Of a stretch of DNA of 64,000 nucleotides, positions 31,702-39,620 are shown one piece after another (position 1 is the stretch's first letter; each line of letters starts with the position of its first letter). Below the pieces are notes generated by a model. That model was not told where the DNA came from. It made no database searches and was given only the letters and a program-made list of their open reading frames with translations. The stretch covers positions 1 through 64,000 of the forward strand of contig CAVWLW010000069.1 of assembly GCA_963755715.1 (NCBI GenBank), written 5' to 3'. Source of the DNA: an uncultured delta proteobacterium (GTDB lineage Bacteria; Desulfobacterota; Binatia; UBA9968). Both the position numbers and the translations under genes were made by a program.

Positions 31702-33415
31702 CTACCTCGTCCCCGCCTGCTTCGCTGCAGGATAGAAATATTCGTACGTTCCGTCGTCGACTCTTTTGAAAATACTCGTCACGGTTTTCCACGGATCCTT
31801 GGCGTAGTCTTCGTAACGTCCTTTCGCGTTGATGCCGGGAATTTCCGGCACCCAGTCTTCCGCAAGCAATTCCTTCGGATCGCCGTAGCGCGACGTCAGC
31901 GCGCGCACTTCGGGGCTGTCGAGCGACGTCATCCGTCCTTTGTTAATAATCGTGACCCAGGTATTTTTCGTGCCGCGCACGCGGAGTTTATACGTGGTGA
32001 AATAGTTATGGATATGAAACCAGTGATCATCGGGCATATTGTTTTTCTTGGTGAACTCGACCCATTCCTTGGCCCATTCAGGCGAATCCGGTCCATGATG
32101 CACGCGGATGCCGTGACCGTAGTGCATAACCCCGCTGCGGTTCCGTTCGGTAACGTTGTCGCCGATTTGATTTTCGTCTGGTCGCTTGTAAAACTTTGGG
32201 TTGGTGCCGAGCGCGGCTTCGTAGAGCAGCCAGTAGCCCGGACGATCGTGATAGGGATAGGTGAGCTTCGTTGATCTTCGGATATTTTAGAAACTCGCGC
32301 CAGGCTTCGGCGTAGACACCGCTTCCCCTAACATCGGCGACATAGCCGTCTTTGATTATAACTTCGGTTCGGGGAAAATGCCCCGCGTGATTTGCCGTGC
32401 CGGCAATCACGCCGTCGGCCTTCGGCGTCGGCGAGCGCGGGTTCCATTTCTTTTGAAACGCCGGATATTCGACGACGGAATACGGGAATCGGCCCGTGGC
32501 TTGATTGGGGAACATGTAGAGATGTCCTTGCTGGTAAACGCCGCGCGCCCAGCGCTCCGACATATCTTCGGTTAAATCGCTGCTGAGGTTGGTTCCTTCT
32601 GGATCTGTGATCTCCAAACGATCCGCCCAGGCGATCGGCTCGATGGTGCGCTCTTCGGCCAAACGCCAGACATCGCCCGGAAATTGCGAGATCTTGCTCA
32701 TCACCGTCCAGCGATTGTCGAAAACCATCACGCCAAGAAATTTCTCTTCGTAGGGCCGCACGTAACGTCTCAATGTCGTCGTCCCGGCTCTGCCCCAGAA
32801 AAAACCTCTGACCTGGGGATTTTTCTCCAGGTAATCCTTGATCCCCTTGCCGATGTTCTCGCGGTCGAGCTTCTTTTGCGCTTCTTTCAATCGTTCGGGC
32901 AACTGGGCGCGTGCCGGATACAACGCGTCATACAAATCGGGGCGTCTCTCTTTGAGCCACTTTTTTGGAACTTCAGGATCCGCGAAGCGCCCATCGATCC
33001 ACTGTCGCGCTTCGATGTAACCCTGCTCGGCAGTGAACTGGCGGCGCGCTTTGAGCAGTTCCGCTGCCTCGGCGCGGCTAACGCCGACCAATTCATAGTC
33101 GTGCAGCAGTTGAACCTTTACCCCGCGCTCTTCGATGGCTTTTTTGACCGCTTCGACAATCATGTCGTCCGCGGTCGCTTCGAGAACGATGGCGATGGCT
33201 TCGCCTTTTTTGACCATACCGAATCCGCCGCCTTGTAGCCCCGTGGTCTGGCTCGCAATAGAGCGCGCAAACGGCATGACCTCATCGATCGACTTCGGCG
33301 CCTTGGTGTAAGAAGGAAATCGTGGCGACGGATACGTGGCCTTCTCCGCAGCGTATGAAAACTCACTCTCTGTCAGAGCGACCGACAGGCTGAGCAAAGC
33401 GATCCATCGCTTCAT
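31702..33415 (-). CDS. Secreted uncharacterised M29-peptidase-fold-like protein, paralog D (one frameshift near 32268)
   Basis: Signal peptide + YPSPRFPSY; removing one A restores NELTYPYHDRPGYWLLYEAALGTNPK..ERNRSGVMHYG, which joins ORF 31702..32127 (DHWFHIHN). Colinear with the paralogs at 42.6-47.9 kb. Confidence 0.8.
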
Positions 33416-33584
33416 AAGACCTCCAAGTTTTCCTCGTTTTCTTTTTATAGCTATCGATCTTCATCCATCCTAGCATTGCCTGAGTCGATCCTTCTCGATT
33501 CTGGCCGGTCGCCCCTTGGGTTCGAAAACATTGCGCGTTCAATTTTTTCAAGCCGCGAAAACTTTGACGGATAGTCATCCATAG

Positions 33585-34676
33585 CTAATTTTTCCAGAGC
33601 TGAGTAAAAAATCCGCTCTGTTCGATTTCTTGCAACACCGACAGATCGACAAAGCTCTCCGGCGACGCTTTCTTGGCTTGCGGGTTCCGCTCAGCCATTT
33701 CATCTATAATAAACTTTATTCCCTTAAGCGTCGGGTAGGGGATTTTTTCGAGTTTTTCTGAGTAGAACGTATAGGCGTCGTCCAATATGTCCTTGTCATC
33801 TATTCTTAAATACTTTTTCATCACCTGAATGGAAAAATCCCGGTCCGTAATAAACCGGTGCAGACCCTCGGCGTAGGCTTGGAGAAAGCCCTTCACCACG
33901 GGCCGCCGTTCGCGCATGTATTTAGTCGTGACCGTGACACAAGTCTGCTGAAGGTCCACGCCCAGCGTGTTCAAATCAAATAACTGTCTCATGCCAAGCT
34001 TTTTAGCGCGACTTGTTTGCGGAGGGTTGGCAAAGCCCGCTTGAATCGCCCCTCTCTCCAGCGCGGTAATGATCTCAGGCAAGCCGCCCATCTGAACGAC
34101 GGCCACATCCGTGTTTCGCTTCAGGCCGTAACGCTGAAGAAAAATTGACACTGCCGTGTCGCTCAAGGCGCCAAATCGAGATATCCCGAGCTTCTTCCCT
34201 TTGAGCTGCTCGGGACTCGTAATTTCCGGACGAGCGTAAATCGTGCCGGCAAGCTTGTTCTGCACACTCGCGATGATTCTCACGTCGGCCCCTGCCAAGA
34301 TCGCCCCGGCGGTAGAAACGCCGGTTACTTGAGCCAGCTGAATTTCGCCCGCAATCAGCGCTTGGGTGGCTGCAACCGCAGGGATATAAATGAGATCCGC
34401 TTCTATACCGTACTTTGAGAGGTAGCCTGCTTCTTTTGCTATCCAAGGAGCGACTTGCCCCGCGTTCAGAGCTGCATACGCGAACTTGATCGGTTGAGCG
34501 AAAACATCTGCGCTGCTTAAAAGGAGTAGCGTCAAAGACAGCACCAGATGCTTTATGAAAAACCGCCAGCCTAGTCGCCTGACCGAAACGATCGCGGCTT
34601 TCCTCTCATGGAGACTTCTCGTGGGGCCGTATGGAAAATCTGCGAGCAACGTTCGTGAGTGATCATAGAAGTTCAT
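33585..34676 (-). CDS. ABC substrate-binding protein, NMT1/THI5-SsuA type (start uncertain)
   Basis: VFA-QPIKFAY, WIAKEAGYLSKYGIE, LKGKKLGISRFGALSD, PYPTLKG. Confidence 0.85.
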   Translation of the reverse strand: MNFYDHSRTLLADFPYGPTRSLHERKAAIVSVRRLGWRFFIKHLVLSLTLLLLSSADVFAQPIKFAYAALNAGQVAPWIAKEAGYLSKYGIEADLIYIPAVAATQALIAGEIQLAQVTGVSTAGAILAGADVRIIASVQNKLAGTIYARPEITSPEQLKGKKLGISRFGALSDTAVSIFLQRYGLKRNTDVAVVQMGGLPEIITALERGAIQAGFANPPQTSRAKKLGMRQLFDLNTLGVDLQQTCVTVTTKYMRERRPVVKGFLQAYAEGLHRFITDRDFSIQVMKKYLRIDDKDILDDAYTFYSEKLEKIPYPTLKGIKFIIDEMAERNPQAKKASPESFVDLSVLQEIEQSGFFTQLWKN

Positions 34677-34716
34677 TTCACGATCCTCCTCTGTTACATT
34701 GCTTCATGCCTCATCT

Positions 34717-35673
34717 TCATTTCGCGGTGATCCCTAGCTCCTTCTGCGCATCTTTGAGAATCGAAAGATCCGCAACTTCCGATAGCGAAATCTCGCGCTC
34801 CACCTTGCCGAGCTTTTTTAGTTCGTCAATCACCAGGAGCATTCCCTTTTCGGGCACGCTTCCGTCTTCGTTGAAGAGCTTCAAGACGTTTTCATAGGTG
34901 GCCGTTGCCATCTCTTTATCAATCTTCGACCACTCCGTCATGAACTGAATTGTGCTCTCGCGATTCTGACGGATATAACGTGTGGCCTTGATCCCAGCCT
35001 TAATCACCCGCTTGACCTCATCCGGTTTCTCTTTGATCCTTTTTAGGCTAGCGACCACACCACTGGTAGGGTAACTGAAAAGTTCGTACGCCCTCGCAAG
35101 CACGACAAAACCCATCTTCTTACCGAGAAAATCCAGCGGGGGAGAGCCCATCGTGCCGGCGGTCAACCCCTGCTTCATCGCAGAAAAGCGGCGTTCGTTC
35201 GTGCCTAATGGAAGAAACTTGATGTCCTTGTCAGGGTCAAGCCCAAAATGCTTGAATATCAACCTTGCCGTAGACTCCAAAGCGCCGCCCGAGGTGTTGA
35301 GTCCAATTGCGTTACCCCTCAGCTCTTGAACGGATTTGAATTCGGGACGTGCAATGAGCGCGCTGGGGGAGCCCGGCACGTAACAGGCCAGCACTCTAAG
35401 CGGCGCTCCCTGGATCGCGGCCGCGACCGAATTTCCAATGACCGTCCAGTAATCAAGTTCTCCGCTGACTAATGCGGCGAGTGCAACGGTGGGATTTATG
35501 CGGATGATCTCACCTTGAAGACCATCCTCTTTAAAGAAGCTTCGCTTTTCTGCTAAAGCCAGAGGAAGAAATTGGGCGTTGAGTTCCGGAACGCCGATCC
35601 TGATCTTATCTGCGGCATGGACCGAGATGTGAAAGAGAAAAAGAACGAGCAAAGCGCCAAGAAATTTCTTCAT
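34717..35673 (-). CDS. ABC substrate-binding protein, NMT1/THI5-SsuA type
   Basis: VHA-ADKIRIG, FFKEDGL, GLDPDKDIKF; close paralog of the next gene. Confidence 0.88.
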   Translation of the reverse strand: MKKFLGALLVLFLFHISVHAADKIRIGVPELNAQFLPLALAEKRSFFKEDGLQGEIIRINPTVALAALVSGELDYWTVIGNSVAAAIQGAPLRVLACYVPGSPSALIARPEFKSVQELRGNAIGLNTSGGALESTARLIFKHFGLDPDKDIKFLPLGTNERRFSAMKQGLTAGTMGSPPLDFLGKKMGFVVLARAYELFSYPTSGVVASLKRIKEKPDEVKRVIKAGIKATRYIRQNRESTIQFMTEWSKIDKEMATATYENVLKLFNEDGSVPEKGMLLVIDELKKLGKVEREISLSEVADLSILKDAQKELGITAK

Positions 35674-35712
35674 AAGGCACCTCCGCTTCGTACGACCGGC
35701 CCAAATCGAAAA

Positions 35713-36663
35713 TTACTTTATCCCCATCTCCCTCTGTGCCACTCGGAGAATCGATAGTTCCGCAACATCGCTTAAAGAAACTTCTCGGGTCACCTTGGCC
35801 GCCCTCTTCGCCTCATCGATCAGAAGCCGCAGCCCGCTATCAGGGAGATTGAGATCTTCACTAAAAGTTCCCACGGAAGAATCGTACGTCGCCGCCGCCA
35901 TCGCGCTATCGATCTTCAGCCACTCCGCCATGATTGGCAGTGTGCCGTCACGATTCTGACGAATATACCGGTTGGCCTTGATGCTAGCTTTAATCGCCCG
36001 CCTGATCTCATCCGGCCTTTCTTTTATTTTCTTCGCGCTGGCGATCAATCCGCTGACCGGAAAATTGAATAGTTCATTCGCGCGGGCTAGCACGACAAAC
36101 CCCAACTTCTTACCGAGAAAATCCGTGGGCGGCGAGCCTAGAGTGGCATGAGTCAATCCTTGCTTCATCGCGCCAAAACGAGAGTCGAGTGGCCCCGTTG
36201 CGAGAAACTTGATCTCCGTGTCGGGATCAATGTTGAAATGTCGCAGCATCAGCCTGGCCATCCCTTCGAGAGCTCCAGCGTAAGCATTCACGCCGATGGT
36301 CTTACCCTTTAATTCGGGGACGGACTTTATTTCCGGTCGGGAGATTAGCGCAGTGGGAGAAATTGGCACGTAAGCAGCCACGAGCTTGACGGGCACTCCG
36401 CGGATCGCCGCGGCAACCCCAGGGCCAAGCACCGTATAGTAGTCGATGTCACCGCCGACCAACGCTTGAAACGCAATCGCAGGATTTATTCTGATGAACT
36501 CTCCTTGCAGTCCTTCGTCTTGGAAAAAGCCGCGCTTGTCCGCAATGGCCAGCGGAACGAACGGCGCAGCGAGATCTGGGAATCCGATCCTGATTTTCTC
36601 AACAGCAAAGGCTGACGTCTCGAGAACAAGGATCGCGAGCAGGGCCAAAAGACTCGTCCGCAT
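35713..36663 (-). CDS. ABC substrate-binding protein, NMT1/THI5-SsuA type
   Basis: AFA-VEKIRIG, GFFQDEGLQGEFIRINP, MKQGLTHATLGSPP; tandem paralog of 34717..35673. Confidence 0.88.
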   Translation of the reverse strand: MRTSLLALLAILVLETSAFAVEKIRIGFPDLAAPFVPLAIADKRGFFQDEGLQGEFIRINPAIAFQALVGGDIDYYTVLGPGVAAAIRGVPVKLVAAYVPISPTALISRPEIKSVPELKGKTIGVNAYAGALEGMARLMLRHFNIDPDTEIKFLATGPLDSRFGAMKQGLTHATLGSPPTDFLGKKLGFVVLARANELFNFPVSGLIASAKKIKERPDEIRRAIKASIKANRYIRQNRDGTLPIMAEWLKIDSAMAAATYDSSVGTFSEDLNLPDSGLRLLIDEAKRAAKVTREVSLSDVAELSILRVAQREMGIK

Positions 36664-36753
36664 CGGAATCCTCCTGGCTATCGCGCTGAGTCGCTTTGTA
36701 TCAGCTCCCTTTGCAACAGTCCCGGTGGCGACCGGCGCAGTCTTGAACCCCGC

Positions 36754-38297
36754 CTACTTGAACTCCGCCTTCTTGCTCAAATAGAACTTGCGCATCGCCG
36801 GGCGATACTTATCCATCATCTCCCGGTTCAGGTCAACCGGCGGCTTGGCGCCCGGAGGCAGCAAAGAAAAATATTTGATCTCTTTCGTATCTTGCTCGAA
36901 CTGTTTCTTCGCCGCGGCAAGCAATTCCGGCGACGTCAACAAATCGAGGATCGAGGCCGCCATCACTTTGGCGCCCACCACGGCGCCTTTATGGGCAATT
37001 GAAGTCGTCGGCGCGATGCCGGCCGTCCAATGGTGCGCTTGCACTCCTGGTATTGCGGAGGGAAAACGCAGCGAGCCCATCGGTACGTTCCAAGTATAAT
37101 CACCGATATCGTTGGACGAAGTGTTCTGCGTGCCGGCGCGAAGCGGCGCGACTTCCGTCGATAACCCTACTTCTTTGGCGCCGATCGACTTCTGCACCTC
37201 CTTGGCGAACTTAATTTCGTCATCATTCCACTTCGGCATCCTCACCATCTCAATATTTTTCTGAATCGCTTCGGCGATCGCTTTGTTGCCGAGCGACGGC
37301 CACGCCGCGCCGAAGGGCTCCATTTCCATCGTCGTCCCCGTCATTAATGCAGCGCCGCGCGCAATGTTGACCAGCTTGTCAAAATTTTCCTTCGCCCAAG
37401 GTCCGTTGGCGTCGCGAATAAACCACCAGATCTGGCCAACGTCGGGAATAATGTTTGGCTGTACGCCGCCGATGGTGATCGCTCGATGGCCGCGGTACGT
37501 CGGCCGCAAATGTTCGCGCAGCTTGTCGAAACCGATATCCATCAACTCGACGGCATCGACTGCGTCGATGCCGTCCCAAGGATTGACGCCGCCGTGTGCG
37601 GTTCGTCCCTTGAAAGTAAACTTGGCGCCGATCAACGCGTAGTTCTGTAAGCCGTAACCTGTGGAGAGGCTATCTTGAATATGCGTGATAATGCCGGCAT
37701 CGACGTCTTTGAGATAACCGTCACGCACAAGATAAGGCCGGCTCATCAACTGCTCTTCCGCGGGACCGATCGAGAGAATCACCGTGCCTGCAATCTTGAA
37801 TTGCTCCATCGCTTTCTTGACTGCCTGCGCCGCCCCCACGGACATAGCAGCCATGACGTTATGGCCTTCCATATGTCCTGGCGCGCCCTCGACGAGCGGC
37901 TTGCGCGGAATGCTTCCCGGCGTTTGCGAACCTTCCGGTAGCGCATCCATCTCGGTGGCGATCAGAATCACCGGCTTACCCGATCCCCATGTCGCCCAAA
38001 CATTGGTCGGTAAACCCGCCCCGCCTAGCTCGACTTTGAAACCGATCTGCTCCAGCGTGCTTTTCAAATATTTCGAGCTTTCGTATTCCTGCATGCCCGG
38101 CTCGGCGAAATAGTAGAGCACGTCGCCGACAGTCGCGATTGCCTCGGCATTGCGGTCGACCGCCTCGAACGCGACCCGCTTGGGATCAGAGGGAGAGTCG
38201 GCCGTTGCTGGCGACCAAGACAAACGTGAGAACCAACACCGCCAGTATGAGCATAATGAAACTCAAGCTCTTACGAGAGAAAGTTCGTTGCAGCCAT
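36754..38297 (-). CDS. M20 amidohydrolase, AbgB (aminobenzoyl-glutamate hydrolase B)-like, with probable signal peptide broken by indels
   Basis: AEPGMQEYESS, EMDALP, PGHMEGHN, PAEEQL, GRTAHGGVNPW, SNDIGDYTW, AHHW. Upstream frame encodes RKSLSFIMLILAVLVLT after an ATG at 38297. Confidence 0.85.
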
Positions 38298-38371
38298 CCC
38301 AAAGTCCTCCGTTATGCGACGATTAAGCCTGAATTGCCGTAAAAACAGGCACCGAAACGTTGATCGAATAC

Positions 38372-38698
38372 CTAGGTGTCATTCCGAGCAGAGCGAGGAA
38401 TCTCGTCCTTGAACCATGCGGCACTGAGGTCGAGCCATTTAGGATTCATCGAATCGATCAAACGTGTTTTCTTCGCCCGCCGCCAACCTTTGATTTCTTT
38501 CTCTCGGGCCAATGCTGCCTGAACATCACTCGTTTCTTCGAAGTACACAAGTTCCGAAATATTGTAACGACTGGTAAAGCCAGGAATAATTTTATTCTTA
38601 TGTTCGTAGACACGGCGTACCAAGTCATTCGTAACGCCCGTGTACAGAGTACGAGAAGTGTTCGTCATGATGTATACAAAGTATTGGTCGCGAGGCAT
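38372..38698 (-). CDS. Small stand-alone GIY-YIG nuclease family protein
   Basis: YFVYIMTN..TLYTGVTNDLVRRVYEHK, FTSRY..LVYFE, AREKEIKGWRRAKK..NPKWLDL. Confidence 0.93.
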   Translation of the reverse strand: MPRDQYFVYIMTNTSRTLYTGVTNDLVRRVYEHKNKIIPGFTSRYNISELVYFEETSDVQAALAREKEIKGWRRAKKTRLIDSMNPKWLDLSAAWFKDEIPRSARNDT

Positions 38699-38748
38699 GC
38701 ACTAACCCAAAGATCGGTCGAGACCCTTCGCTCGCGCTCAGGGTGACA
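38377..38748. mobile_element. Putative GIY-YIG-carrying element bounded by inverted TGTC-hairpin arms
   Basis: Left arm TGTCATTCCGAGCAGAGCGAGGAATCTC (38377-38404). Right arm (38720-38748) reverse-complements to TGTCACCCTGAGCGCGAGCGAAGGGTCTC. Same family as the repeats at 23832 and 28143. Confidence 0.55.
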
Positions 38749-38812
38749 CCCAAAGAGGACTTTTACTTGCCACGATGGGAACACTAAAAAACATGAATTC
38801 GAATGACGCGAA

Positions 38813-39511
38813 TCACACAAAATTCCCATCGCGCATATTGTAAACTTTTTTGAAATGCTCGACGGCCTTGGGATCATGGCTCGCCATGATCACCGTCTTG
38901 CCGTATTTCTCGGCGAGTGACAGAAAAAGTGCCGTGATCGTTTCAGTGTTTCCCGTGTCCAGATTGCCAGTGGGTTCATCGGCGAGAATGAGCGCGGGGT
39001 CGTTGGCCAACGACAGCGCCACGGCGACCCGTTGCTGCTCGCCGCCGCTCAGCTCCTCCGGCCGCTTGTTCGCTTTGGCGCCCAGGCCGACCATTTGCAA
39101 CAAGCCGTCGACGCGCTGTTTACGCTGCGCCGCATCGACATCGGCGATCAGCATCGGCAGCTCCAAATTTTCTCCCGCCGTGAGGGTCGGAATGAGATTG
39201 AAAAACTGAAAAACAAAGCCGACTTTGTGGAGCCGGTATTTTTCCAGATCGCGCTCGGAAAGTGCCGCGAGCTTCTGGTCGCCGACGAGAATGTCGCCGC
39301 CGGTCGAATGGTCGACTCCGCCGAGAAGATTGAGCAGCGTCGTCTTGCCGCAGCCGGACGGCCCCATCAATGCAACCGCCTCGCCCGGACCGATTTCCCA
39401 ATCGACGCCCTTCAACGCCCGCACTTGTTCCGCGGAAGTTTCGTAAGCCTTGGTCAGCTTGGCGACTTTGACCGGCACGCCGCGATTCTTGAAAAAACCG
39501 TTCTCCGCCAT
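38813..39511 (-). CDS. ABC ATP-binding protein, LolD/MacB/FtsE type
   Basis: GPSGCGKTTLL, VGFVFQFFNLIPTL, LSGGEQQRVA, ILADEPTGNLD, SHD. Confidence 0.95.
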   Translation of the reverse strand: MAENGFFKNRGVPVKVAKLTKAYETSAEQVRALKGVDWEIGPGEAVALMGPSGCGKTTLLNLLGGVDHSTGGDILVGDQKLAALSERDLEKYRLHKVGFVFQFFNLIPTLTAGENLELPMLIADVDAAQRKQRVDGLLQMVGLGAKANKRPEELSGGEQQRVAVALSLANDPALILADEPTGNLDTGNTETITALFLSLAEKYGKTVIMASHDPKAVEHFKKVYNMRDGNFV

Positions 39512-39535
39512 GATGTCCTCCGAAGTCACAATGAT

Positions 39536-39619
39536 TGGAGTGATGGAATGTTGGAGTACTGGAGTGATGCACTCGGCCTACCCATGACTCCATCACTCCA
39601 TTACTCCAGTGCCCTACTC
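39536..39619. repeat. 8-bp-period TGGAGTnn / nnACTCCA inverted tandem repeat between permease and ATPase genes, second copy
   Basis: TGGAGTGA TGGAATGT TGGAGTAC TGGAGTGA ... TCCATCAC TCCATTAC TCCAGTGC. Confidence 0.75.
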
Positions 39620-39620
39620 G

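Noticed and set aside
38372-38698. GIY-YIG gene as an intron homing endonuclease or UvrC fragment
   Set aside because: It is 108 aa, stand-alone and intergenic, with no interrupted host gene and no additional DNA-binding or UvrC domains.
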